DNA of 56,324 nucleotides from an uncultured Brevinematales bacterium. Lineage in GTDB: Bacteria; Spirochaetota; Brevinematia; Brevinematales; JAOACQ01. Below, piece after piece: positions 44,400 to 54,371 of the stretch (position 1 is its first letter; each line of letters opens with the position of its first letter). The position numbers and the translations under genes were made by a program. The stretch lies in contig CAYMRH010000003.1 in assembly GCA_964392785.1 (NCBI GenBank), positions 1-56,324 on the forward strand. Direction: 5' to 3'. Below the pieces are notes generated by a model that was given only the letters and a program-made list of their open reading frames with translations, searched no databases and had not been told where the DNA came from.

Positions 44400-44626
44400 T
44401 CGTGCCTCCGGCGCTGTGCTCACGATTCTACTCCGTGAAAGAAACGAAGCGTTCCTGAGAAGGGCAGGATGCCCTTCGATGAGCGCACCCTCCGCAGGAT
44501 GCGGAGTGTGCGCGATTCCCACCCCCGTGAGTTTCTTTCACAACGCTTTGCCCATGAAGAGAGCATAGCGCGATTCCGGGGTATAAGGGGGCGGGCCCCC
44601 TTAATGCCGGCGCGGCGAGCGCACGC
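44400..44626. repeat. Right ~225 bp inverted repeat bounding the AT-rich island
   Basis: Reverse complement aligns with 33481-33693 at about 75% identity. Contains the hairpin TAAGGGGGC-gg-GCCCCCTTA and CGATTCTACTCCGTGAAAGAAACGAAGCG, which matches CTTCACGGAGTAGAATCG in the left copy. Confidence 0.6.
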
Positions 44627-44653
44627 CAGCCCGGCGAGGGCACTCCAGCGGTG

Positions 44654-45499
44654 TCACCGCACAATCACATTATCAATCAACCTCGTCTTTCCAAAAAACA
44701 CCGCCAGGGCGATCACCGCTCCGCCGGTCACGGCCTTCAGGTCCTCCAGGGTTTCCGGGTCCGCGACGCTCACGTAGTCGATCTTCGCGTAGGGAATTTC
44801 CGTCCGGATCATGTCCCGCACGGTTTTGACGATCACCGAGGCGTCCCGTTCCCCCGTCCGGATCATGTCCGAACCGGCCGTCAGCGCCTGCCAGAGCACG
44901 GGCGCGTCCTTTCGTTCTTTTTCGCTCAAGTACCGGTTTCGGGAACTCATGGCCAGCCCGTCTTTTTCCCGCACCACCGGCATGACCCGGACCTGAACGG
45001 GCATGTTCAGGTCCTGGACCATTTTCCGGATAATCACGGATTGTTGGTAGTCCTTCTGCCCGAAGTAGGCCGTAGCGGGCCGGACAATATTGAACAATTT
45101 GGCCACCACCGTGGTCACGCCGCGGAAATGCCCCGGCCGGGACAGACCGCACAGGTGGTCGGGCAATTCTTCCACGTCCACGTACGTTTCAAATCCTTCC
45201 GGATACATGTGCCTTGCGGACGGGTAAAAAAGAAAATCGCATTTTTCCTTTTCCAGAAGCGCTTTGTCGTTTTCGAACGGCCGGGGGTAGCGGCTCAGAT
45301 CCTCGGCGGGACCGAACTGGGTCGGGTTGACGAAAATGCTCGCCACGACAATATTATTTTCCTTTCGCGCCTGCCGGACCAGGCTCAAATGCCCCTCGTG
45401 CAGGGCGCCCATGGTGGGAACGAACCCGATGGTCTTTTTTTTCCGGATCAGTTGCTCGGACAGGACCGACATTTCGGAAGGCTTCTTGATGATTTTCAC
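44654..45499 (-). CDS. panC: Pantoate--beta-alanine ligase
   Basis: 281 aa. FVPTMGALHEGHLSLV and the downstream FVNPTQFG are PanC signatures. Confidence 0.9.
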   Translation of the reverse strand: MKIIKKPSEMSVLSEQLIRKKKTIGFVPTMGALHEGHLSLVRQARKENNIVVASIFVNPTQFGPAEDLSRYPRPFENDKALLEKEKCDFLFYPSARHMYPEGFETYVDVEELPDHLCGLSRPGHFRGVTTVVAKLFNIVRPATAYFGQKDYQQSVIIRKMVQDLNMPVQVRVMPVVREKDGLAMSSRNRYLSEKERKDAPVLWQALTAGSDMIRTGERDASVIVKTVRDMIRTEIPYAKIDYVSVADPETLEDLKAVTGGAVIALAVFFGKTRLIDNVIVR

Positions 45500-45521
45500 G
45501 ATCTCCCCCGATGACGAAAAG

Positions 45522-45854
45522 TCATTGGTTCAGGAGTTTATCAATGGATATTTTCAATTTGGGAATTTCATCACGGATAGCGCTCCAGACCAGCGCCAGG
45601 TTGACGCCAAAATACTCGTGAATCAGTTTGTCTCGCATGCCGGTGATCTTACGCCAGGGAATGTCCGGATGCCCGGGTTTTTCACCGTCCGGGATGCTTT
45701 TAGCGGCTTCGCCGATGATTTCAAGACTTCGGATAAAGGCCCGCTGTTTCAACTCATCATTTTCCAAATCCTTAAAGGTCATGGCATTCGTTTCGCGAAG
45801 CAGGAATTCATTTTCCTTCGCAATGTGAGAGCAATAGAATTTATAGTTTTTCAT
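45522..45854 (-). CDS. HepT-like (DUF86) toxin, nucleotidyltransferase substrate-binding protein
   Basis: 110 aa. RDKLIHEYFGVNLALVW is the DUF86/HepT Rx4HxY motif region. Confidence 0.75.
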   Translation of the reverse strand: MKNYKFYCSHIAKENEFLLRETNAMTFKDLENDELKQRAFIRSLEIIGEAAKSIPDGEKPGHPDIPWRKITGMRDKLIHEYFGVNLALVWSAIRDEIPKLKISIDKLLNQ

Positions 45855-46137
45855 ATCTGACTTCTTTCATGATCTCGGGAAGGATCAGGGGGCTGATTTG
45901 TTCCTGCGTGAGAAGATCCACTTTCTTCTGAAAAGAGTCTTCCAGAAGAAAATAGAGCTCCATATAATGATCGAAACTGAGCTGGTCCGGCTTGAATTTG
46001 ACCAGGAGGTCTATGTCGGAATCCTCTTTTTGATCGCCCCGGGCGTAGGAACCGAACACGCCGATTTCCGATACGCCGAAATTCCTGATGGCTTCCCGGT
46101 TTTTCCTGAGAACATCTTCGATATCCCGCAGCGTCAT
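45841..46137 (-). CDS. MNT-type minimal nucleotidyltransferase antitoxin
   Basis: Start ATG at 46137 (MTLRDIEDV...) overlaps the pyrG stop (ATGA). Motif GVFGSYARGDQKEDSDIDLLV. 14 nt overlap with hepT. The listed longer ORF would overlap pyrG. Confidence 0.75.
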   Translation of the reverse strand: MTLRDIEDVLRKNREAIRNFGVSEIGVFGSYARGDQKEDSDIDLLVKFKPDQLSFDHYMELYFLLEDSFQKKVDLLTQEQISPLILPEIMKEVRYEKL

Positions 46138-47963
46138 GACGCGGAAGCCCCCGTTTTTTTGTTCCTGTATTTCAGCGCGGCGCCGATGAAGCTCGCGAAG
46201 ACCGGGTGCGGATCGATGGGAGAGGACTTGAATTCCGGGTGGAACTGGCCTCCCAGAAACCACGGGTGGTTCTTGATTTCCACCATCTCCACCAGCCCCC
46301 CTTCCGCCACGGCGCTCACGGACAGGCCCTTCTGCTGCAGCGTTTCCACGTAGTCGGGGTTCACCTCGTAGCGGTGGCGGTGGCGTTCCTCGATCTCCTC
46401 TTTCTGGTACACCTCGAACGCGAGCGATCCGCGCTGGATTTTCGACTTGCTGGCGCCCTTGCGCATCGTGCCGCCCATATAGACCACGTTTTTCAGGTTG
46501 GCCAGGAGTTCGATCACGGGGTTTTCAGCCGTCTCCACGAATTCCCGGGAATGCGCGCCGGCAATGCCGCACACGTTCCGCGCGTATTCGATCACCATGC
46601 ACTGCAGGCCCAGGCAGATGCCCAGGGTGGGAATCCCGTTCTCGCGCGTGTGGCGGATGGCCTTGATTTTGCCCTCGATGCCGCGGCTGCCGAACCCGCC
46701 GGGAACGAGAACGCCGTCGATCTCGTCGGAAATGAGCCCCTTGTAGCCGGTCGCCTTGAGGACGGCCTTGACCCGCTGCAGGTCCCTGTCGGTAATGTCT
46801 TCCTCCAGCACGCAGAAGCCGGTGGCCGTGTCGCGGTAATACATGTCGTCCAGGAAGTCCCGGTCGGCTTCGTCCGGGATTCTGTTCAACAGGCTTTCAA
46901 AGTGGTCCACGGCGGCCTGTTTCAACACGCCGTTCTCGTAGATCTCCCCCTCCAGGGACTCGGCGTCCACCTTGCGGATGGTCACTCCCACCCGGTTGGC
47001 AATCCCGCCGTGTTTCAGCGCGGCGTCCACGGACTTGTAGGTGTCTTCCAGGTTGATGTATTTGCCGATCATGGCTATGGTCACGCGCTCGGCGGGGTTG
47101 GATTCAATGTCCACCATCTTGCGCCATTTGGTCAGGTCCGGCTTGCGAACGGGGAGTCCCAGCTTGTCCAGGATGGTTCGGTCCGCGCCCTGGCTATGGA
47201 AAATGAGCGGGACTTCGTGCACGGTCTTTTTGACGTCCACAGCGGTGAAGATGCACTCCTCCTCGATGTTGCAGAAGAGCGCCATCTTGGTCTTGAGCGA
47301 CGCGGGCATCATGACTTCGCAGCGGCAGAACAGGAAATCCGGCTGGATCCCCATGGACATGAGTTCCTTCACGGAATGCTGGGTGGGCTTGGTCTTGAGC
47401 TCCCCGGAACCCTTGATGGTGGGCACCAGCGTCAGGTGGGCGAATTTTACGTTGGCGCGCCCTTCCTGGATGGAGAACTGGCGCACGGCCTCGATGAACG
47501 GCAGGCCCTCGATGTCCCCCACCGTTCCGCCCAGTTCCACGATGATGACGTCGGAATCCTTGCCCTCGTCCAGCACGCGGATGCGGCGCTTGATTTCGTC
47601 CGTGATGTGGGGAATCACCTGCACGGTCTCGCCCAGGTAGTCCCCGCGCCGTTCGGCGTCTATGACCGTCTGGTACACCTGGCCTGTGGTCAAACTGGAG
47701 AGTCGGGAGGTCTGGACCCGCACGTAGCGCTCGTAGTTGCCCAGGTCCAGGTCGGTTTCGGCCCCGTCGTCGGTCACGTACACTTCCCCGTGCTGGTAGG
47801 GGCTCATGGTGCCGGCGTCCACGTTCAGGTAGGGGTCGATCTTCATCATGTTGATCTTGTAGCCGGCGGCCTTGAGGAGGACGCCGATGGAGGCCGCCGT
47901 GACACCCTTGCCCAGGGAGGAACAGACCCCGCCCGTCACGAAAATGTACTTTTTACAGGCCAT
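46134..47963 (-). CDS. pyrG: CTP synthase
   Basis: MACKKYIFVTGGVCSSLGKGVTAAS N-terminus. Glutamine amidotransferase C-terminal domain (GICLGLQ). Confidence 0.9.
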   Translation of the reverse strand: MACKKYIFVTGGVCSSLGKGVTAASIGVLLKAAGYKINMMKIDPYLNVDAGTMSPYQHGEVYVTDDGAETDLDLGNYERYVRVQTSRLSSLTTGQVYQTVIDAERRGDYLGETVQVIPHITDEIKRRIRVLDEGKDSDVIIVELGGTVGDIEGLPFIEAVRQFSIQEGRANVKFAHLTLVPTIKGSGELKTKPTQHSVKELMSMGIQPDFLFCRCEVMMPASLKTKMALFCNIEEECIFTAVDVKKTVHEVPLIFHSQGADRTILDKLGLPVRKPDLTKWRKMVDIESNPAERVTIAMIGKYINLEDTYKSVDAALKHGGIANRVGVTIRKVDAESLEGEIYENGVLKQAAVDHFESLLNRIPDEADRDFLDDMYYRDTATGFCVLEEDITDRDLQRVKAVLKATGYKGLISDEIDGVLVPGGFGSRGIEGKIKAIRHTRENGIPTLGICLGLQCMVIEYARNVCGIAGAHSREFVETAENPVIELLANLKNVVYMGGTMRKGASKSKIQRGSLAFEVYQKEEIEERHRHRYEVNPDYVETLQQKGLSVSAVAEGGLVEMVEIKNHPWFLGGQFHPEFKSSPIDPHPVFASFIGAALKYRNKKTGASAS

Positions 47964-48090
47964 TTCGCTCTCCCCGTTAGACCGTTTTGAACGGACCCAG
48001 ACGGCCGTTCTATTATAAATAAAACTTGATTTTACCGCAAAAAGACCTTATTTTGATTCGCTTGGAAGCGCGTAATAAGCGGGAGAGCTG

Positions 48091-48543
48091 ATGATCTTCA
48101 AGTTCACGATCTCCGGCAAGGAAGAACAGGTCGTCGAATTCGAAAAGGAGCTCCTGGATATCCTTTTGCGCGTCGTCGGCGACAACGACATGATCGCCCA
48201 CGAGATCCATTTCTGCGTCCACGAAGCCATCCTGAACGTGATCCAGCACACCTACAAGTGGAACCTGGACCTCCCCCTGGACATCCGCATCGACGTGTCC
48301 AAGGCGGTCAAGGGAAAGCAGACCCTGGAGATCTCCATCAAGGACAACGGTCCCGCCATCGAGAAGCCGATCATCCCGCCCAAGCAGATCGAACAGTTCC
48401 AGCTCCGCAAGCGGGGGCTCTACATGATCAGCAAGATCATGGACGAGTTCACCATCGAACCGCAGGAGAAAACCGGCAACATCACCTACATGAAGAAAAT
48501 CCTCTCCACCAAAAGCGACAGCGTCGTGGAACCCCTGATATAA
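48091..48543 (+). CDS. Anti-sigma regulatory factor, Ser/Thr protein kinase (RsbW/SpoIIAB-like HATPase_c fold)
   Basis: N-box HEAILNVIQH and G1 box DNGPAI. 150 aa. Confidence 0.7.
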   Translation: MIFKFTISGKEEQVVEFEKELLDILLRVVGDNDMIAHEIHFCVHEAILNVIQHTYKWNLDLPLDIRIDVSKAVKGKQTLEISIKDNGPAIEKPIIPPKQIEQFQLRKRGLYMISKIMDEFTIEPQEKTGNITYMKKILSTKSDSVVEPLI

Positions 48544-48568
48544 GACGGCCGGACCGGAGGATTCTTTC

Positions 48569-48970
48569 TTGGAAAGCAAACTGAACGTTCAGGTCAGCCT
48601 GGTGCAGGACATCATCGGAGTGATCCGGGTGTCCGGGGAACTGACCGTCTTTGTTGAAGAATTCGACCTCCTGTACAAGGAAGTGGTGGCCTACAACAAG
48701 ATGGGCATTTTCCGGTTCGTGATCGACCTGAACACGCTCACCTACATCGACTCCTCCGGCGTGGGCATCATCATGCGGCTGGCCACCAACGCCATGAAGC
48801 AGTCCTCGGTGATCTGCGTAATCTGCGAACAGCCGCAGGTTCTCAAGATCCTGGCCGTGTCCAACGTGGACAAAATGGTCCGTTTCGTCAAAACCATAGA
48901 GGAAGGCATTGACCATTACCGCGAAAAAGACGGCATAACCGTCAAGATTTCCAAAAAAACGCTCAAGTAG
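48569..48970 (+). CDS. STAS-domain anti-sigma-factor antagonist (RsbV/SpoIIAA-like)
   Basis: 133 aa. The phosphorylatable serine context IDSSGVGI. Confidence 0.75.
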   Translation: MESKLNVQVSLVQDIIGVIRVSGELTVFVEEFDLLYKEVVAYNKMGIFRFVIDLNTLTYIDSSGVGIIMRLATNAMKQSSVICVICEQPQVLKILAVSNVDKMVRFVKTIEEGIDHYREKDGITVKISKKTLK

Positions 48971-49099
48971 CCCCTTCTAACTTCCGCCCCTGTTTACAGA
49001 TAGCTTTTCAATTCCCCCGCTTGATCCGCTAATCCCAATCCGATTTCTTCCGAAAATTAGAGGGTCCGCACCGCACAGGCCGGAGGTTTGATTATATCC

Positions 49100-50656
49100 A
49101 TGAACAAGCTGATTCACGCGCTGAAAACCGCGGCCCTCGTTCTGTCCGCAACCGCTCTCCTGTTTTCCCTCAGGCCCTTCGCGGAACTCAAAACGCTCTC
49201 GATCGAGGGAGACGCCTGGAAAGTGACGGACACGGACAACATCGTGCCCGGAACCCTGAACGGCCGGACGGTTTACCGCCTGGACGAAACGGCCGCGGAC
49301 CGTCCCGAATACCTGGACCTGGACCTGGATTTTGAAAAAACGGCGCGCCCCATTCCGAACTACAAGGTGATCCGTTCCCGCTTCGAGCTGAACCGGTACC
49401 AGTTCGTGAACGGCAGCTCGTCCGGCAAGTTCTATTATTCCGACCACGGCATTTCCCTGTTGCCGGACCCGTCCTCCATGTTCGCCCCGGGTAACGTCAC
49501 GGGCAGTTTCACCATCGAATTCTGGCTGTATCTCTACCAGACCTACAACAACCAGTACGTGATCCGCTACATGGGCAACAACCTCTCCGACGAACAGGAC
49601 CAGAACGTGTACGGCCTGTCCGTCTTTCTCCGCAACGGCCGGATCGTTTACCGGTTCGAGAATTTCTTCTGGTCCCAGGAACGCGACGGCCGCGAATCGT
49701 TCAGCGTGGAAGTGGGCGACGAGGAAAACTCCGTTCCGCACGCGTGGGAACACCACGCGGTGAGCTTCAACATCCTGAACGGCAGGATGTCCGCATTCAA
49801 AAACGGCGTGGAACAGGAAACCCGGTGGGTGACGCGGGACGGAAACATGCGGTCCCCCATCCTCATCCCCCGGGTCAAGCCGGAACTGTCCACGCCCATC
49901 CTGATCGGCCAGAACGGGTCCTTCGCCCTGGACAATCTCCGGTTCGCCCGGAATTATCGGGACCAGTTTTACCTGAAAAAACACCGGAACCGGGAATCAC
50001 GGCTGGTCACGGACGTGTACCGCCTGAGCGACCATATCTGCGCCCTGCAGAAAATCCGGTTCGATTTCGAGGCCCCGGACTACTCCCACCTGAAGCTCTC
50101 CTACCGGATTTCGGACCGTTATTTCAAGCCCGATAACGCGGTTCTCCCGTGGGTATCCGTGCAGAACGGGCTGGACAGTTTCCCGGCCGCCCATGCGGAG
50201 GGCAAATACGTCCAGTTCCGGGTCCTGGCCTATCCGTACGAGGACACGGACGGCGGCATCACCATCCGGTCCGTCCGCCTGGATTATACTGAGGACACGC
50301 CGCCCTACGCGCCGGCCATTGTCTCCGCCACGCCCCTGGATTCCGCCGTGCGGATCACCTGGGTCCCGAGCCCGGAGGACGACATAGCCCGATACGAGGT
50401 TTACTACGGCAATAAAACGGAACACTACATCTGCGCCGACGCCGCCGAAGGCAGGTCCCCCGTTTCCGTCCCGTCGTCGTCCGTCGGCAAACTGACGCCT
50501 ATGACCGTCACCCTGACGGGCCTGGAGAACGAAAAACCGTATTTCATTTCCATCCGCGCGGTGGACACAAAAGGGCAGAAGAGCCCCTACTCCCGGGAAT
50601 TTTACGCGCGGCCCAGCACGGTGGAAAACCCGGACCGCTTCAGCGTGGACCGGTAA
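49100..50656 (+). CDS. Secreted protein with a concanavalin A-like/LamG domain and a C-terminal fibronectin type III domain
   Basis: Preferred start is the ATG at 49100 (MNKLIHALKTAALVLSATALLFS signal peptide). A LamG-like core (GSFTIEFWLY...). An FN3-like region at the C-terminus (PPYAPAIVSATPLDSAVRITWVPS...YEVYYG...LTGLENEKPYFISIRAVD). Confidence 0.6.
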   Translation: MNKLIHALKTAALVLSATALLFSLRPFAELKTLSIEGDAWKVTDTDNIVPGTLNGRTVYRLDETAADRPEYLDLDLDFEKTARPIPNYKVIRSRFELNRYQFVNGSSSGKFYYSDHGISLLPDPSSMFAPGNVTGSFTIEFWLYLYQTYNNQYVIRYMGNNLSDEQDQNVYGLSVFLRNGRIVYRFENFFWSQERDGRESFSVEVGDEENSVPHAWEHHAVSFNILNGRMSAFKNGVEQETRWVTRDGNMRSPILIPRVKPELSTPILIGQNGSFALDNLRFARNYRDQFYLKKHRNRESRLVTDVYRLSDHICALQKIRFDFEAPDYSHLKLSYRISDRYFKPDNAVLPWVSVQNGLDSFPAAHAEGKYVQFRVLAYPYEDTDGGITIRSVRLDYTEDTPPYAPAIVSATPLDSAVRITWVPSPEDDIARYEVYYGNKTEHYICADAAEGRSPVSVPSSSVGKLTPMTVTLTGLENEKPYFISIRAVDTKGQKSPYSREFYARPSTVENPDRFSVDR

Positions 50657-50972
50657 CGGATGGCTCAAAGAGAAGCGGCTGTCCTAAAAGGTGAAACAAA
50701 GTGTCATGGCGAGGCCTTTTGAAAGCCTGTCCCGAGCTCTCAAACGCGAACCGGAAAATCAAAAAGAACCCCTGATTCTGTTTTTTAGGTGCGACTCTCT
50801 CATCTGTCATGCCCGCGGAAGCGGGCATCTCTCGCGGTGATAAATGATAAACAGACTCCCGCGTTCGCGGAAGTGACCACGCGGGATCGTGTCCTGCCGG
50901 AAGGTGCGGGTCAGGCCCAATTCCGCGGGACGCGCAATCACTTTCAGCAACCTTTCGGGTCAATCGATTTTT

Positions 50973-51848
50973 TCAGCGCCTGATTTCGGTTCCGATACCG
51001 GCGTCGGTGAGGAGTTCCAGCAGCACGGAATGCTCCACCGTCCCGTCGATGATGTGGACCTTTTCCACCCCGTTCTTGATGGCCTTGACGGCGGAATCGA
51101 TTTTCGGGATCATACCGGACGTGATGATCCCCTCTTTCTTCAGTTCCGCGATCCCCTGCTCGTCAATGCTCGGGATGAAGGAGGATTCGTCACCCAGTTT
51201 CCGGTAAATGCCCCGGATGTCGGTCATATAGATGAGCTTTTCCGCTTTGAGGCTTTCCGCGATCTCTCCCGCGGCGGTGTCCGCGTTCACGTTGTAGGTT
51301 TTGCCGTCCTCGCCGATCGCCACCGGTGAAATGACGGGAATGTACCCGTCCCGCGTGAGCGACTGGATGATGCCCGGATTGATCCGCACGATGGTGCCCA
51401 CCTGCCCGAAGTCCAGCCCCTTGCCGCTTTTGTCTTCCTTCTTTTTGGCCACGATCAGGTTGGAGTCCTTGCCGGAAACGCCCACGGCCTTCCCGCCGTT
51501 CTTGTTCGCCAGCGCCACGATGTCCTTGTTGATGAGTCCGCTCAAAACCATTTCGGTGATGTCCATGGTTTCCGCGTCGGTGACCCGGTGGCCTTCCACG
51601 AACACGGCTTCCTTGCCCAGCCGCTCCATCAGGCTCGTGATGTGCGGGCCGCCGCCGTGGACCACGACCACGTTCATCCCGATCAGTTTCAGGAGAACAA
51701 AGTCCTGGATCACCTTTTCCTTGAGCTCCGGGCTGTCCATGGCGTTGCCGCCGTACTTGATCACGGCGGTTTTTCCGCCGAACTCCCTGATATACGGCAG
51801 GGCTTCCATGATGATCCGGGCCTTTTCAATATACTTCTGCATGGTCAC
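50973..51848 (-). CDS. argB: Acetylglutamate kinase
   Basis: 291 aa. KTAVIKYGGNAM and VVVHGGGPHI motifs. Confidence 0.9.
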   Translation of the reverse strand: MTMQKYIEKARIIMEALPYIREFGGKTAVIKYGGNAMDSPELKEKVIQDFVLLKLIGMNVVVVHGGGPHITSLMERLGKEAVFVEGHRVTDAETMDITEMVLSGLINKDIVALANKNGGKAVGVSGKDSNLIVAKKKEDKSGKGLDFGQVGTIVRINPGIIQSLTRDGYIPVISPVAIGEDGKTYNVNADTAAGEIAESLKAEKLIYMTDIRGIYRKLGDESSFIPSIDEQGIAELKKEGIITSGMIPKIDSAVKAIKNGVEKVHIIDGTVEHSVLLELLTDAGIGTEIRR

Positions 51849-51911
51849 ACCTTATATATCAATATATCCTGATACACTTATATTAAGCAATACCTCTTCC
51901 CTTCCGTCATA

Positions 51912-52748
51912 TTATAACCGGAAACGGCCCTGACGGACAGCATTACAGCCCACGGCCACGGCCACGGGAAGAGTGGCGATATGACAGGGCATGGTTTTGA
52001 CGCGCACGTCCATCGCGGTTTCCCCGAAACGCAAACCCTGGAACCCGACGGGAAGGGCGTTCACCTTCTCCCGGATTTTTTCGGACAGTTTTTTTTCGGC
52101 CGGGGTCATGGTCTCTTCGTCCATGCGTTCCAGGAGCCGCTTCCTGGATTCCCGCACGGCTTTCTCCAGGTTGCCGCCCACGCCCACGCCCAGAATATAC
52201 GGCGGGCAGGCCTTCGCACCCACGGCCCGGACCTGGCCCGTCACCCATTCCGCGATCTCGTCCTCGCCGGCCGTGGGCAGAAGAAAACCGGCGCCGGACG
52301 CGTTTTCCGAACCGCCGCCCTTGATCAGCACGTCCGCGTCCAGGCTGTCTCCGTCAGTCGTTTCCATGTCGATGAAAACCGGCGCGCCCGTGCCGGTGTT
52401 TTCCCGGGTCAGCGGGTCCGCCATGGACCGCCTGAGATAATATTTTTCATAGACCGTTCTGACGGTTTCGTCCGCGGCCTTCTGAATGTCAAAACCGATC
52501 CGCACGTCCCGGCCCGCTTTCAAAAACAGCTGGACGTAACCCGTGTCCTGGCAGAGGGCGCGGTTTTCCGTTTGCGCGATCCGGGCGTTTTCCACGAACA
52601 CGTCCACGGCTTTTTTCCGGACGGGATCCTTTTGGGCGTCCCGCAATCGGGACAGATAATCCCGGACGTCTTCCCTGAGCCGGAAATTCGCGCGGACAAG
52701 TTCCTCTTCCAGTTTATTCCGGAAATCGGATTCGCGGATCTCTTTCAT
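51912..52748 (-). CDS. Fe-S hydro-lyase, tartrate/fumarate family alpha subunit (class I fumarate hydratase alpha-like)
   Basis: Start ATG at 52748 (MKEIRESDF) overlaps the FmdB stop by 1 nt. CQDTG and KGGGSEN motifs. No beta-subunit gene adjacent. Confidence 0.7.
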   Translation of the reverse strand: MKEIRESDFRNKLEEELVRANFRLREDVRDYLSRLRDAQKDPVRKKAVDVFVENARIAQTENRALCQDTGYVQLFLKAGRDVRIGFDIQKAADETVRTVYEKYYLRRSMADPLTRENTGTGAPVFIDMETTDGDSLDADVLIKGGGSENASGAGFLLPTAGEDEIAEWVTGQVRAVGAKACPPYILGVGVGGNLEKAVRESRKRLLERMDEETMTPAEKKLSEKIREKVNALPVGFQGLRFGETAMDVRVKTMPCHIATLPVAVAVGCNAVRQGRFRL

Positions 52749-53020
52749 CACTCGCCGTCTTTCGCGGCCGCGGCGGGGCAGTTCGCGCATTTCGGGCCGG
52801 ATCCGCTTTTCGCTTCGCAAACCGGGGACGCGCCCGCTTTTTTGGGGGAATCGGTTTTATAGAAGCCCGATCCCTTGAAAATGATCCCGGCGCCGCCGCC
52901 GATCAGCCGTTTGGCCGGGCCGCCGCATTCCAGGCAGTTCTCCAGGGGCTTTTCCGTAATGGACTGGAAAACCTCGAACGTTTTTCCGCATTGACCGCAA
53001 AGGTAGTCGTAATGGGGCAT
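52748..53020 (-). CDS. FmdB-family zinc-ribbon putative regulatory protein
   Basis: MPHYDYLCGQCGKTFEVFQSITEKPLENCLECGG is the FmdB zinc-ribbon signature. Gly/Ala-rich tail. Confidence 0.65.
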   Translation of the reverse strand: MPHYDYLCGQCGKTFEVFQSITEKPLENCLECGGPAKRLIGGGAGIIFKGSGFYKTDSPKKAGASPVCEAKSGSGPKCANCPAAAAKDGE

Positions 53021-53038
53021 GGTATTCTCCCGTGTCTT

Positions 53039-54268
53039 TCAGATCATCAGTCTTTTCATGCGTTCCACGGCTTCCGTTACGTCCTCCCGTTTCCCGAAAG
53101 CCGTGAGCCGGAAATACCCTTCGCCGCATTTGCCGAATCCGGACCCCGGAGTTCCCGCCACCTGGCACTGGGTCAGGAGCACGTCAAAAAACCCCCACGA
53201 CGAGGAGTTTCCCGGTGTCTTAAACCAGAGATACGGGGAATTCGTACCCCCCGAATACTTCAGGCCCAGTTTGTCCAGCCCGGCGGCGATAATCCCGGCG
53301 TTCTCCAGGTAATAATCGATATTCTCCCGGGACTGACGCTGCCCTTCTTCCGTAAAGACGGCGGCGGCCCCCTTCTGGATCAGATAGGCCACCCCGTTGA
53401 ATTTTGTGGACTGCCGGCGGAACCAGAGGGCGTTCAGCGAATGGGCTTTGCCGGCGCCGTCGTATGCCGAAACTTCCTTCGGCACCACCGTATAAGCGCA
53501 GCGCGTTCCCGTGAACCCGGCCGTTTTGGACAGGCTCCGGAACTCGATGGCCACTTCCCGCGCGCCTTCGATCTCGAAGATACTGTGCGGGATTTCCGGG
53601 TCCCGGATGAACGCCTCGTAGGCGGCGTCAAAAAGGATCAGGGACCTGTTTTTCCGGGCGTAATCCACCCAGGTTTTCAGGCAGTCCCGGGACGCGACCT
53701 GGCCCGTCGGGTTGTTCGGGAAGCAGAGGTAGATCAGGTCCGCGCGCTTTTTCGGCAGATCCGGGGTAAAACCGTTGGACTCCGTGCAGTCCATGTAAAT
53801 ATAGTTCCTGTAGCGCCCGCCGGCAAACGCCCCGGACCGGCCCGCCATCACGTTGGAATCGGAATAAACGGGGTAAACCGGGTCGGGTATGGCCACGGAT
53901 ACCTTGCCGGAAAACAGCTCCTGGATGTTGGCCGTGTCCTCTTTCGCCCCGGTGGATATGAAAATCTCGTCCGGCGAAAGCTTCACTCCGCGGGAGGCGA
54001 AATCCGATTTCGCGATCGCCTCGCGCAGGAAGTCGTAACCCTGTTCCGGCCCGTAACCCCGGAAAGTTTCGCCGTTTCCCATGTCCCGAACGCCCTCTTC
54101 CAGGCCGTTCATGACGGCCCGCGGCAGGGGTTTTGTCACGTCCCCGATCCCCAGACGGATCACCTTCCGGTCGGGATGGGCGGCCTGGTATTCCCGGACG
54201 CGCTTGTTGACCTCGGAAAAGAGATAACTGCCCTGCAGTTTCAGGAAATTCTCGTTGATCCGGATCAC
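53039..54268 (-). CDS. dapL: LL-diaminopimelate aminotransferase
   Basis: [18 protein letters not shown]-terminus and a PLP-lysine region [10 protein letters not shown]. The preferred start is the GTG at 54268 after GAGGAG. The listed TTG at 54283 lacks a ribosome-binding site. Confidence 0.85.
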   Translation of the reverse strand: MIRINENFLKLQGSYLFSEVNKRVREYQAAHPDRKVIRLGIGDVTKPLPRAVMNGLEEGVRDMGNGETFRGYGPEQGYDFLREAIAKSDFASRGVKLSPDEIFISTGAKEDTANIQELFSGKVSVAIPDPVYPVYSDSNVMAGRSGAFAGGRYRNYIYMDCTESNGFTPDLPKKRADLIYLCFPNNPTGQVASRDCLKTWVDYARKNRSLILFDAAYEAFIRDPEIPHSIFEIEGAREVAIEFRSLSKTAGFTGTRCAYTVVPKEVSAYDGAGKAHSLNALWFRRQSTKFNGVAYLIQKGAAAVFTEEGQRQSRENIDYYLENAGIIAAGLDKLGLKYSGGTNSPYLWFKTPGNSSSWGFFDVLLTQCQVAGTPGSGFGKCGEGYFRLTAFGKREDVTEAVERMKRLMI

Positions 54269-54355
54269 GGCATCGCTCCTCAAATTACTCTATTTTCGGC
54301 CTGAAAGAGTCCGTTTCTTCTGTTTTTGGGCCTGTTTTGACGGTTCCTTTTCTCC

Positions 54356-54371
54356 TGTTTCACGTGAAACA
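54356..54371. promoter_or_regulatory. parS centromere-like site (perfect palindrome)
   Basis: TGTTTCACGTGAAACA, a 16/16 match to the canonical parS palindrome, about 275 bp downstream of parB. Confidence 0.75.
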
